Assembly (NCBI GenBank): GCA_902785275.1
Contig: CACZYB010000001.1
Span: forward strand, 1 to 64,000
Origin: an uncultured Pseudomonadota bacterium
Lineage (GTDB): Bacteria; Pseudomonadota; Alphaproteobacteria; Rs-D84; CACZYB01
Direction of reading: 5' to 3'
DNA: 64,000 nt
Shown in pieces: positions 1 through 9,458 of the stretch. The notes below the pieces were generated by a model that saw nothing but the letters and a program-made list of their open reading frames with translations, ran no database searches and was not told the DNA's origin. The position numbers and the translations under genes are program-made. Each line of letters opens with the position of its first letter. Position 1 is the first letter of the stretch.

Positions 1-300
1 GGCACATCATGTGTATGCAGTGCGGGATATTATATGTCTTCAGGAAGTTGTGAAATTTGTCCTAAGGGATATCGTTGTCCTGGAGATAATGAGAAATATA
101 AATGTAGTGGTAGCCGTGAATATCAAGATAAAACAGGACAAAGCTACTGTAAGAGTTGTAATGATTACGATGGGGGAAAAGTTACTTGTTGTTCTGCTAC
201 AGGTACTTGTAAATATTACGGTCACGTATACAAAGATCATACCGTATGTAGTTATAGTGATAATGGTTGGTGTGTATGTAAAGGTTCTTGTACCAAATAA
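1..300 (+). CDS. 3' end of a cysteine-rich repeat surface protein (GCC2/GCC3- or ephrin-receptor-like C-x2-C-P-x-G-Y repeats), 5' truncated by the window
   Basis: Frame +1 is open from base 1: GTSCVCSAGYYMSSGSCEICPKGYRCPG...YQDKTGQSYCKSC...CVCKGSCTK*. A terminator follows. Confidence 0.75.
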   Translation, partial: GTSCVCSAGYYMSSGSCEICPKGYRCPGDNEKYKCSGSREYQDKTGQSYCKSCNDYDGGKVTCCSATGTCKYYGHVYKDHTVCSYSDNGWCVCKGSCTK

Positions 301-301
301 C

Positions 302-340
302 AAAAAAATTCCCCACCTGTTACGATGGGGAATTTTTTTT
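302..340. terminator. Bidirectional intrinsic terminator
   Basis: AAAAAAATTCCCCA-loop-TGGGGAATTTTTTTT between convergent genes. Confidence 0.85.
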
Positions 341-347
341 CGCTTAA

Positions 348-1631
348 TTAACCAAGCAAATGAAGCTTTAAAACAGGATCAAGTTTATCCATAACTCTGG
401 AAAGAACATCTGCTTCACGTTCTGCAACATAAAATGCACGTGACATATAATCCTTTTGCACATCTGGATTTTCAAAAAATCCCTTTATCTTAGATGCAAA
501 ATCTTTATCATCTTCAACAATCACAACAGCTTTTTCTGCCTTCAATAAATCATATGTTTCCTGGAAATTATGAACATACTTTCCACTTAAAACTGCGTTA
601 TGAAGTCTTGCTGGCTCCATTGGATTATGTCCACCCCATTTTACAAGAGAGCCACCAACAAATGCAACTTCACTAAGGTTATAGAAAAGTCCCAATTCAC
701 CCATTGTATCGGCAATGTAAACATCCAAATCTTTTGTAATCTTTGCCCCACAAGAACGAAGCACAGCCTTAAGTCCATTTGTTTCGACCAAAGATTTTAT
801 TTCCTCACCTCTTGCAGGATGACGTGGAGCAATTACCATCAAAACATCAGGAAATCTTTTCTTTACAATCATAAATGCACTCAAGCACAATTCTTCTTCA
901 CCTGGATGTGTACTTGATACAACGAACATATGTCTTTTACCAATTTGATCAGAAAGATTTTTAAATTCTGTCTTATCAAATGAAAGTGGTGGAACGCCAT
1001 ATTTCAAATTTCCAACACAAACCGGATTTTTAAACCCCATAACAGAAAGTTTTTTACAATCATCATCTGACTTACCAAAAGTAAACTCAAAAGCAGAAGC
1101 CAATGGTTTAATAAATTGTAAATTTTCTTTCCATTTTGCAAATGACTTGTTTGAAACTCTACCATTCAAAAGAACAAGAGGCACATTATGATCCTTTGCA
1201 CTTAAAATAAGGTTTGGCCAGAAATCACTATCAACAAAAAAACCAACAGAAGGTTTCCAATATTCAAAAAATCTATCTACATACGCACGTCTATCAACTG
1301 GCAAAAATTGATGAACTGCATTTTTCCCAGAAAGCTTCTTCGCCATATTTTCCGCCGCAGTCACAGTAGTAGTAGTAACCAAAACGAAACAATCAGGAGC
1401 TTTCTTTAAAATTTCATCAATAACAGGAATAATAGAATTACTTTCACCAACACTTGCCGCATTAAACCAAACGATTTTTTTATTTGGACGCTTCACAGAT
1501 GCAAAACCAAATCTTTCGCCTTTTCTTTTTGCATCCTTTGTTTCCAAACCTTTTCTTCTTCTTAAAAAAAGAACTGGTCTAACAAAAGGTTTAAGGATAA
1601 ACATCAAAAATCTGTATAAATGTAATTTCAT
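348..1631 (-). CDS. waaA: 3-deoxy-D-manno-octulosonic acid (Kdo) transferase
   Basis: Motifs WFNAASVGE, GNLKY, SSTHPGEEE, IAPRHPARG, DTMGEL, GGHNPMEPA. AAGGAG SD; ATG 1631 or TTG 1637. Confidence 0.95.
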   Translation of the reverse strand: MKLHLYRFLMFILKPFVRPVLFLRRRKGLETKDAKRKGERFGFASVKRPNKKIVWFNAASVGESNSIIPVIDEILKKAPDCFVLVTTTTVTAAENMAKKLSGKNAVHQFLPVDRRAYVDRFFEYWKPSVGFFVDSDFWPNLILSAKDHNVPLVLLNGRVSNKSFAKWKENLQFIKPLASAFEFTFGKSDDDCKKLSVMGFKNPVCVGNLKYGVPPLSFDKTEFKNLSDQIGKRHMFVVSSTHPGEEELCLSAFMIVKKRFPDVLMVIAPRHPARGEEIKSLVETNGLKAVLRSCGAKITKDLDVYIADTMGELGLFYNLSEVAFVGGSLVKWGGHNPMEPARLHNAVLSGKYVHNFQETYDLLKAEKAVVIVEDDKDFASKIKGFFENPDVQKDYMSRAFYVAEREADVLSRVMDKLDPVLKLHLLG

Positions 1632-1694
1632 TTTCAAACTCCTTTTTAAAATATTTTCGAGATATTATACTTTTTATAAAAGAAAAAAACAATA

Positions 1695-2492
1695 CTATTT
1701 TTTATCCGAATTTTTAGAATATTTCTTCTTTTTCTTCACGCCACCAGGAAGTATTTCAGGCATCCCCATTTCCCTATCCAAACGCAAAGTTGTTTCCACC
1801 ATCTTACGTTCAAAATCAGCCTTGATTTTTTTCAAATCTTCATCAGAAACTTTTCTATCAATAAAAAGAAAATCGCCAACTTCTATCACTGCTTTATGAA
1901 AAGGTTTCGCAATCAAATAACTATCCCAAGTTTTAAGTAATATAGGATCCTTTGCAGAAATATAAACAGGCACAACCGGCACACCACTTGCCTTTGCAAA
2001 TAAAAACGCACTATCACTTACAAAATTCATACTTGGACCCAGCGGACCATCCGGAGTAAACCCAACCGAAGCCCCCGATTTCAAAAGTCGCATAGATTTA
2101 ATAGCAACATTACTTGCCTGTGCAGTATTTTTCTTTGAAGACATAATATTTCTTACACCCAAAAGACCAAAGATATCACCAATAAGTCTTCCATCCCTGT
2201 GTGTGGAAAAAATGCCATAAATCGGATGTCTTCTTACACCCAAAACATCACGCCAAAACTTCACAACCAAAAAAGAACGTGCATGCCAAAAAACAAGTAT
2301 AACAGGCTTTCCATTCTTCATATAATCTTTAAGAACCTTAACATTTCTATACTTAACAAATGTTGTTATATAAACAATTCTTATAAGCAACATCATAACC
2401 ACAGCCAAAACCCACTGTGAAACTCTAAGGTTCAAAAGCTTTTTAAAATAACAATCAATCTTACCACTAATAAATTTAAAAATAGATAACAT
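1695..2492 (-). CDS. DUF374 lysophospholipid acyltransferase family protein
   Basis: Motifs FWHAR, STHRDG, GFTPDGPLGP, WD..LI.KPF. Typically found next to waaA. Confidence 0.85.
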   Translation of the reverse strand: MLSIFKFISGKIDCYFKKLLNLRVSQWVLAVVMMLLIRIVYITTFVKYRNVKVLKDYMKNGKPVILVFWHARSFLVVKFWRDVLGVRRHPIYGIFSTHRDGRLIGDIFGLLGVRNIMSSKKNTAQASNVAIKSMRLLKSGASVGFTPDGPLGPSMNFVSDSAFLFAKASGVPVVPVYISAKDPILLKTWDSYLIAKPFHKAVIEVGDFLFIDRKVSDEDLKKIKADFERKMVETTLRLDREMGMPEILPGGVKKKKKYSKNSDKK

Positions 2493-3700
2493 TATAAATC
2501 AACTCCATTAACTTCATAATCATAAACTTCACCTTCACTATCAAGTTTTGATTTTAACTTTGAAGGAAGTGATGGACTATGCATTTTGCTTTCCATCTTT
2601 TCAATGTAAACAGAAGATGTAGAAAATGCAAATGCAGCACCTGCCTCTTCAACAATTTCCTTTATTCTTAAAAGAAGCTCTTCTTTTATTCTAAGCCACT
2701 CTGCCCAAACATTTGTATTTGTAAAACAGTAAATCAAAAGATTTATTGAACTATCACCAAAATCATCAAGCTTTACTTGAGCAATAGCTTCCGGTGGTTT
2801 TACGAAATCAGGATTCTTATATAAATAATCCTTAATTTCTTTAACAATATATCTTAATTGTTCAGCCGAAGTCCTGTATTCAAGATGCAAAACCCATTCT
2901 ATTCTCCTATACATACGAGAAGAAAAATTTATAACCGCCGCATCCGCAAAAGTACTGTTTGGAACAAAAACCAAAGTCCTATCAAACTTTCTTACCATTG
3001 TTGAACGAAAACCAATATTTTCAATCACACCTTCAATAGGTTTATCAATATCTTCAAGCTTTACAATATCACCAACACTAAATCTATGTTCCGAAATAAT
3101 TGCCACACCTGAAATAATATTTTTAAACATATCCTGTGCACCCAAAGCAACAGCCATACCAACGATTCCCAAGGAAGCGATCAAAGCACTTACTCTAACA
3201 CCCCAATTTTCCAAGAATATCGAAAGTCCGACAATCACAACCAAAAACTTTGCAATACGCACACCCCATGTGATAATAACCGTCTTTGTATTATCAAGAT
3301 GACTTTTCTTAAACATAAAGCCAATAGGATTAATAAAAGAAAACACAAACCATGACAAACTAAATACATAAAGTGACTTTAATAAATTTCTTGTGTAGTA
3401 AACAAGAGATGATGGAATTCTTAAAACAGAAATTGCAAAATAGCAACCAACCACAACAGGCATAAATGCAATAGGCTTTCCAATCTCTCTTATATACTTT
3501 TCCTGACCATAGGCAATTTTCTTTAAAACTAAGAAATTAAGCAACTTCACAACAAAAAAAGAAAATAAATTTCTAAACAACATTGCAAACAGCAATATTG
3601 AAGTTGCAGAAAATAATCTTCCAACAGAATTAAGCTTAAGCCAGAAATAAAAATCTCTTAAATATACACCTAAAAAGGTTGAATTTACGAACTCTATCAT
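2492..3700 (-). CDS. mscS: Mechanosensitive ion channel, MscS family
   Basis: Multiple TM helices; ALGAQDMFKNIISG, GVIENIGFRST, VPNS, FGDSSINL. Confidence 0.92.
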   Translation of the reverse strand: MIEFVNSTFLGVYLRDFYFWLKLNSVGRLFSATSILLFAMLFRNLFSFFVVKLLNFLVLKKIAYGQEKYIREIGKPIAFMPVVVGCYFAISVLRIPSSLVYYTRNLLKSLYVFSLSWFVFSFINPIGFMFKKSHLDNTKTVIITWGVRIAKFLVVIVGLSIFLENWGVRVSALIASLGIVGMAVALGAQDMFKNIISGVAIISEHRFSVGDIVKLEDIDKPIEGVIENIGFRSTMVRKFDRTLVFVPNSTFADAAVINFSSRMYRRIEWVLHLEYRTSAEQLRYIVKEIKDYLYKNPDFVKPPEAIAQVKLDDFGDSSINLLIYCFTNTNVWAEWLRIKEELLLRIKEIVEEAGAAFAFSTSSVYIEKMESKMHSPSLPSKLKSKLDSEGEVYDYEVNGVDL

Positions 3701-3762
3701 AAACTTCTCCTATAAATTACTCTAAAATAAATTATAACAAAAAAAATAATAAAATCCACAAT

Positions 3763-4143
3763 TTATTTTTTTATGAAATTATAAAGTCTAAACGGTGTGA
3801 TAATAGAAAATTTTGAAATACCCAAAACACGTTTCACTACCTCGACACAGGTAAAAAGCCCAGTAGTAGAAATTTTCTTAACCTCAAACCTTTGAGGAAC
3901 ATAAACAACCGTTATGTTTTTAGAAGTAAAAAGATTAACCATATATTTAACACCAACCGGCAAAAAAGAAATATCTACCCTATTAGAAATAGGATCCAAG
4001 ACAAAAGTATTACTTTCATCCCCAAAAAACACAAAACAATGCCTAAATCCATGTTTAAGCAACCTAAGCACAGGTATAGTAGTTTCATTCGAAAATCCGA
4101 CATAAAAACTGTCTATTGATTTAATTATTGAGTATCCTTGCAT
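3763..4143 (-). CDS. Conserved alphaproteobacterial hypothetical protein, probable permuted papain-like (His...Cys) hydrolase
   Basis: LRLLKHGFRHCF...FTCVEVVKRVLG...ITPFRLY. Overlaps the upstream ORF, so likely an operon. Confidence 0.65.
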   Translation of the reverse strand: MQGYSIIKSIDSFYVGFSNETTIPVLRLLKHGFRHCFVFFGDESNTFVLDPISNRVDISFLPVGVKYMVNLFTSKNITVVYVPQRFEVKKISTTGLFTCVEVVKRVLGISKFSIITPFRLYNFIKK

Positions 4144-4505
4144 TTAACAATTCCCTTTTTAATAAGTACTGTTTCAATAATACTCATAGCATCATCCCAC
4201 CACAAAGCTTCTTCTTGCTCATCTACAATCCTACTATCCGGAGGCACCTGCATTCTACCATACTTAATCAAGGTTTTAATATGTCGTTCACGTATTTTCT
4301 TTGCCAAATATAATTTTGAAACAACTATATAAATATCATCTAAAAAACAAGGTCTTACAATTCTACATCGAGACGTCTTAATTTTATATCCAGTTCGCTC
4401 ATCATATCGGCAAAACCAAAACCACGCCTCCTCAGCAGATTCGAAAAGTGTTTGATTTAGATTCTCTTCATAATAATTATTTACAACATTCTGATTATTC
4501 CACAT
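4125..4505 (-). CDS. Conserved alphaproteobacterial hypothetical protein (FESAEEAWFWF motif)
   Basis: GGAGG SD; motifs SAEEAWFWF, RPC..DDI, YGR..PPD, KKGIV, which I recall from Rhodospirillales hypotheticals. Confidence 0.75.
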   Translation of the reverse strand: MWNNQNVVNNYYEENLNQTLFESAEEAWFWFCRYDERTGYKIKTSRCRIVRPCFLDDIYIVVSKLYLAKKIRERHIKTLIKYGRMQVPPDSRIVDEQEEALWWDDAMSIIETVLIKKGIVKCKDTQ

Positions 4506-4532
4506 TTTACCCTCCCTTTCGTCTTATTTTAG

Positions 4533-4547
4533 GAACAAAAACCGAAC
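4533..4547. promoter_or_regulatory. Alphaproteobacterial LexA (SOS) box GAAC-N7-GAAC
   Basis: GAAC AAAAACC GAAC, 27 nt upstream of the start codon at 4505, in a divergent intergenic region. Confidence 0.65.
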
Positions 4548-4668
4548 TTTTTTCGAAAATAACATTAAAAAAATAAAAGTCAACAGAAATATATCATAAA
4601 ACTTGAAATAATTTAAAAGTTCTAATATAATGAAAGTTGTGAGGCTTGTTTGTAAGGAGAATAAAAAA

Positions 4669-4908
4669 ATGGATACAGAACACTCTAAAATATGGCAAAC
4701 CATAGATAAAATTGCATACATCAACGGTATCTCAGTTTCTGCCTTAGCCAAAAAAGCAGGCCTTGATGCTACTGCATTTAATAAAAGTAAAAGATTCTAC
4801 CCAAGCGGTAAATTCAGATGGCCATCTACTGAAAGTATCTGCAAAGTCATACGTGCAACTAATATGACATGGGAACAATTTACTAAATATCTCGAACAAT
4901 CTGTTTAA
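4669..4908 (+). CDS. HTH (XRE/CI-like) transcriptional regulator, N-terminal domain only
   Basis: IW..ID..A...G.S.SALAKKAGLDATAFNKSKR...G..RWPSTESI.KV. AAGGAG SD before ATG 4669; 79 aa. Confidence 0.85.
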   Translation: MDTEHSKIWQTIDKIAYINGISVSALAKKAGLDATAFNKSKRFYPSGKFRWPSTESICKVIRATNMTWEQFTKYLEQSV

Positions 4909-5001
4909 AAATTAAAAAACTATATTTATTTTACTAGAAATTATCATAATTTTATGGTATTATAAATTATAGTTTAATAAAAAACCTACAAAGGGGGAGA
5001 T

Positions 5002-5868
5002 ATGATGGATATAAATAACAATGATTTCTTTGGAGAAATAAAGAAAGACGAATTCGAAGATGAAAATGTTTCCAGTTCTGGAATAACATATGGCGAAACT
5101 GTAAACAAATCTTCAATAAAAAATATTCTTATTACAGTAGGCGTTGCTGCCGTTGCTGCTGGGGTTGTGGTATTGTTGATGAGCCCAAGCAGAAAAAACT
5201 CTGCTCCAAACAACTTTGCTGAAATTCCAACAATTTCCCCTTCTGAACCAATAAAAATTATTCCAGAAGATGCAAAATTAAATGAAGTTTTTGAAAGTGC
5301 AAGCGTTTACAATCCAACAAACTTTGATGATGAAGCAAAAAATCTTATCACTGCAAATAAAATTGTAAAACCTGCACCTGCTCCTGTCGTTGAACCTGTA
5401 CAACGTCCTGTTTTACCAACACCAGTTAAGGTTAAAAAAGTTGCTAAGCTTCCTACACCAAAGGTTGCTCCACAACCACAAGCAAAAGAAGCTACAAAAC
5501 CTACTCTTGTTGTAAAAAAAGTAAATGTTGATGAAAGCGTAATCAATTCAAAACCAACAAACATCCGTGGCGAAACAGAACTTTCTTCTGTTAAAACTTC
5601 TGGCGGTACAGTACGTTCAGTTGTTGGTGCATGGAATGTTCAAATTGTATCAACAAGTTCAGAAAGTGCTGCAAACAAAGAATGGACTTCACTTGTATCA
5701 AAATATCCTGAATTATTAAAAGGATTAAACCACAGTGTAAGCAAAACCGAAGTTAACGGTAAAATCTACTATCGTTTAAGAATTACAAATCTTGAAACTA
5801 TGGCTCGCGCAAATGAAATTTGTGCAAAATTAAAAGAACACAATGTTTCATGTTTTGTAACTAAATAA
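5002..5868 (+). CDS. SPOR domain cell division protein (FtsN-like)
   Basis: Single TM, Pro/Lys-rich linker, C-terminal SPOR domain (WNVQIVS...YYRLRI...A.EIC.KLK...C). Confidence 0.85.
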   Translation: MMDINNNDFFGEIKKDEFEDENVSSSGITYGETVNKSSIKNILITVGVAAVAAGVVVLLMSPSRKNSAPNNFAEIPTISPSEPIKIIPEDAKLNEVFESASVYNPTNFDDEAKNLITANKIVKPAPAPVVEPVQRPVLPTPVKVKKVAKLPTPKVAPQPQAKEATKPTLVVKKVNVDESVINSKPTNIRGETELSSVKTSGGTVRSVVGAWNVQIVSTSSESAANKEWTSLVSKYPELLKGLNHSVSKTEVNGKIYYRLRITNLETMARANEICAKLKEHNVSCFVTK

Positions 5869-5881
5869 GAAAGGTAAAAGC

Positions 5882-6139
5882 ATGATACACTTTAGTGAAA
5901 TTCTTATAATACTTGCAGTTGTTTTACTTGTTTTTGGAACAGGAAAATTTCCAAAGATTATGCAAAACTTTGCCGAAGGAATCAAATCTTTTAAAAAAGC
6001 AATGGATGAAAAAGATGATAATAAAAAAGATACAAAAAAGAAACCTGTAAAAAAGGCTTCTGTATCTAAAAAGTCTGTTTCATCAAAACCTAAAAAGAAA
6101 GTTTCCAAAACAAAAAAGACTGTAACAAAGAAAAAATAA
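5882..6139 (+). CDS. tatA: Twin-arginine translocase TatA
   Basis: LIILAVVLLVFGTGKFP...GIKSFKKAM, followed by a Lys-rich tail. Confidence 0.92.
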   Translation: MIHFSEILIILAVVLLVFGTGKFPKIMQNFAEGIKSFKKAMDEKDDNKKDTKKKPVKKASVSKKSVSSKPKKKVSKTKKTVTKKK

Positions 6140-6146
6140 TATTTCT

Positions 6147-8438
6147 ATGCTCAACATTGAAAATACATTGCCTAATAGTTTAAGAGCATATTTTAAGAAT
6201 TTATGCCTTAAATTATTAGGTGTATTTTTTGTTGGGCTAAGCTTTTATTTATTTTTATCTGTAATTTCATACCACTCATTTGATGCATCATTAAACACTG
6301 CAAGCAATTTCAAAACATCAAATCTTGCAGGGAACAGTGGTGCTGTAATATCAAATTTATTTTTATATTTTTTCGGACTAACATCATTTGTACTCATATA
6401 TGATACATTTTTATTCGGAAAATATTTCCTTTTTCCAAGCAAAATATTCCACCCATTAAAAAGAATATTTTTATATATGTTAGTATCTCTAATTCCAACA
6501 TGTCTGTCACTTTCATATATATCTGAAATTATATTCAAGCATTTTCCAACAAGATGCGGACTTGGCGGATTTTTGGGATTAATTGTAAAAAATAATTTAA
6601 ACACATTCCTTGATACACTTTACATATCAAGATATATGAACATTGTAATATTTATAATATCAACAATCATATCACTTGCGACACTATACTTTGCACTTAA
6701 CCTTACACCAAAATCAATTTTGAATTTTGAAAATTTATTAAGAACCATAGTAATCAAGTTAAAGATATTACTCTTTAAATTATTGAAAAAGCAAACCACA
6801 ATAACAAATACAAAATCTCAAAACAGCAAGATTTTATCAATCGCAAAAAAGGTTGCTCCGAAAAAGCAAGTTAAAAAAGTTACTACTCCTACTCAACCTG
6901 AAAAATCAAAACCTGTTGAAGAACCTGTTCCAGAAAAGGAAAAATATATACTTCCAACAATCGATCTTTTAACAAAAGTAAAAATTGAAAAGAATGAAAA
7001 TTTAAATACCGAGTCAAATATTAAAAAAGCTCGTATGTTGGAAAATATTTTACGTGAATACAAACTTGAAGGTAAAATCACAAACATAAAGGCTGGCCCT
7101 GTTATCACACTTTTTGAAATGGAACCTGGCCCTGGAATAAAGACATCCCAAATAAAAAGTTTGAACGAAGATATCGCACGAAAAATTGAATCAATTTCTA
7201 CACGTATCGCTGTTATCCCTGGCACAAACAAGGTGGGTATCGAACTTCCAAACTTGCACCGTAAAATGGTAAGTCTTCGCGATCAATTCGAAAGCGATAA
7301 TTTCAAAAATTCAGAACATAAACTTCCAATCTCTCTTGGTGCAGATACTGGCGGTCGCCCTGTATTTGTTGACCTTGCAACTATGCCTCACTTGCTTATC
7401 GCAGGAACAACCGGAAGTGGTAAATCTGTTGGTGTTAACGGAATGATTTTATCACTCCTTTACAAATACACTCCTGATGAATGCAAATTTATTATGATCG
7501 ATCCAAAGATGGTGGAATTTTCAATTTATAATGACATTCCTCACCTTCTTATCCCTGTTGTTACCGAACCAGCAAAGGCTGTTGCTGCACTTAAATGGGC
7601 CGTAGTAGAAATGGAAGAAAGATACAGAAATATGGCTGCCATAGGTGCAAAAAATATTGAAACATTCAATGCTCGTGCAAAATCAAAACCAAACTATACA
7701 ATAACACGACAAGTTCAAACAGGCTTTGATCCTCAAACTGGCGAACCAATTATGGAAGATAAAAAAATAGATATAAAACCTATTCCATATATTGTAATTG
7801 TTGTTGATGAAATGGCTGATCTTATGCAAACTGCGAAAAAAGAAGTTGAAGGTGCAGTTGCAAGACTTGCCGCAATGGCCCGTGCAACTGGTATCCACTT
7901 AATTCTTTCAACTCAAAGACCATCCGTTGATGTTATCACCGGAACAATAAAATCAAACTTCCCAAACCGTATAAGCTATCGTGTTGCATCCGGCCAAGAC
8001 AGTAGAACTATTTTGAACGAATACGGTGCTGAACTTATGCTTGGAAAGGGAGATATGCTTTACATGGCAACCGGTGGCAATACAGTTCGTATTCACGGTG
8101 CGTTTGTAAGTGAAAAAGAAATAGAAAATGTTGTTTCCTTCATAAAGGCACAGGCAAAACCAAACTATGTTAAAAACATAACTGTAGAAAAGAAGGATCC
8201 AAACAAACTTTCAACTCTTGATAAAATGGCATTAAAGGAAAGCCAAAACGAAGATTTATACAGTCGTGCTGTTGAAATAATTCTAAGCACTAACAGACCA
8301 TCAATATCATTCCTTCAACGCCAACTTGGTATAGGATACAACAAATCTGCAAACCTTATCGAAAAAATGGAAGCCCAAGGCATTCTTTCAAAACCAGACT
8401 CCACTGGGAAAAGAGTCATACTTACAAAAAGAGATTGA
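6147..8438 (+). CDS. ftsK: DNA translocase FtsK
   Basis: N-terminal TMs, MPHLLIAGTTGSGKS, VVDEMADLM, TQRPSVDVITG, C-terminal gamma domain. Confidence 0.97.
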   Translation: MLNIENTLPNSLRAYFKNLCLKLLGVFFVGLSFYLFLSVISYHSFDASLNTASNFKTSNLAGNSGAVISNLFLYFFGLTSFVLIYDTFLFGKYFLFPSKIFHPLKRIFLYMLVSLIPTCLSLSYISEIIFKHFPTRCGLGGFLGLIVKNNLNTFLDTLYISRYMNIVIFIISTIISLATLYFALNLTPKSILNFENLLRTIVIKLKILLFKLLKKQTTITNTKSQNSKILSIAKKVAPKKQVKKVTTPTQPEKSKPVEEPVPEKEKYILPTIDLLTKVKIEKNENLNTESNIKKARMLENILREYKLEGKITNIKAGPVITLFEMEPGPGIKTSQIKSLNEDIARKIESISTRIAVIPGTNKVGIELPNLHRKMVSLRDQFESDNFKNSEHKLPISLGADTGGRPVFVDLATMPHLLIAGTTGSGKSVGVNGMILSLLYKYTPDECKFIMIDPKMVEFSIYNDIPHLLIPVVTEPAKAVAALKWAVVEMEERYRNMAAIGAKNIETFNARAKSKPNYTITRQVQTGFDPQTGEPIMEDKKIDIKPIPYIVIVVDEMADLMQTAKKEVEGAVARLAAMARATGIHLILSTQRPSVDVITGTIKSNFPNRISYRVASGQDSRTILNEYGAELMLGKGDMLYMATGGNTVRIHGAFVSEKEIENVVSFIKAQAKPNYVKNITVEKKDPNKLSTLDKMALKESQNEDLYSRAVEIILSTNRPSISFLQRQLGIGYNKSANLIEKMEAQGILSKPDSTGKRVILTKRD

Positions 8439-8494
8439 TTTTTCCTCTTCATTTGGTGTAGAATCACATCATAAATTAAGGAAAGAGGTATAGA

Positions 8495-8716
8495 ATGGAT
8501 AAGGATTTAGAAGAAATTCAAAAATTTGCAAATAAGTTAAATAATCAAATAGAAGATCGTCCAAAAAGAATAAAATTTGCTGACATTTCTGCACGCAACG
8601 AAATGTTTGAATCTGGCACAAAAAAAATAAAGTCAAAAATGAGCAAAGGAAACAAATTAAATCTCGCATCTATGGCATCAATGGTGTTTAATGTAACAGA
8701 TGCTAAAAAAAACTGA
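8495..8716 (+). CDS. Hypothetical protein (73 aa)
   Basis: GAGG SD, ATG start, fills the ftsK-lolA gap. Confidence 0.55.
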   Translation: MDKDLEEIQKFANKLNNQIEDRPKRIKFADISARNEMFESGTKKIKSKMSKGNKLNLASMASMVFNVTDAKKN

Positions 8717-8815
8717 TTTAATTTCAAAAATAATTTCCTATATTTGTAAAGAAAAATAATTCTTGATAAAAAAATATAATTAAAGTACTATACCTAAGTA
8801 TTTTAGGAGGCCATT

Positions 8816-9457
8816 TTGAAAAAGACTTTACACTTATTTATCTTATTAATCGCAACATTATTTTTTTCAAGCAACTGTTTTGCTATGATAAACGAAAGCG
8901 ATGAATCTTACTTAAAAAAAGTAGAGACATATGTAAACTCTCTTCAAAAAATAAGTGGTAAATTCACTCAACATTCCTCCAACGGGGCAAAGGATTCAGG
9001 TAAATTTTATATCAACAAACCAGGAAAAATGAGATTACAATACAACAGCCCAATATTACTTGTTGCTGATGGTACTTCTATTGTATACGAAGATAAAAAA
9101 ACAAATCAAATCTCATATATTTCCATGAATTCAAACCCTGCATCAATAGTTTTAAATGGAAATATCACATTTACCGGTAAAAACCCATCGGTAAAAATAA
9201 AATCAATCGAAGAACGTCAAGATACAACCGAAATAACACTTACAACTGCAAATGAAAAACAATCCGGTGTAATAACTTTGATTTTCGAAAACAAACCACT
9301 TTCATTTTCCGGCTGGCGTGTTCGCGATGCCCAAGGTATCGTAACAGAAGTTACTCTTTCAGATATAAAACCTGAAACATACTTTGACCCATCATTATTT
9401 AAAATTACACGCAACAAAACAATCGGCACAACAAAGTCAAAAAGTAAATATTACTAA
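8816..9457 (+). CDS. lolA: Outer membrane lipoprotein carrier LolA
   Basis: Signal peptide, F.Q...G...G.FYINKPGKMRLQY, LVADG, DAQG..T.V.L. TTG start with GGAGG SD; ftsK-lolA synteny. Confidence 0.9.
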   Translation: MKKTLHLFILLIATLFFSSNCFAMINESDESYLKKVETYVNSLQKISGKFTQHSSNGAKDSGKFYINKPGKMRLQYNSPILLVADGTSIVYEDKKTNQISYISMNSNPASIVLNGNITFTGKNPSVKIKSIEERQDTTEITLTTANEKQSGVITLIFENKPLSFSGWRVRDAQGIVTEVTLSDIKPETYFDPSLFKITRNKTIGTTKSKSKYY

Positions 9458-9458
9458 T

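Noticed and set aside
11-394. 127-aa plus-strand ORF and 87-aa minus-strand ORF
   Set aside because: Shadow frames of the Cys-rich gene; the longer one runs through a terminator.
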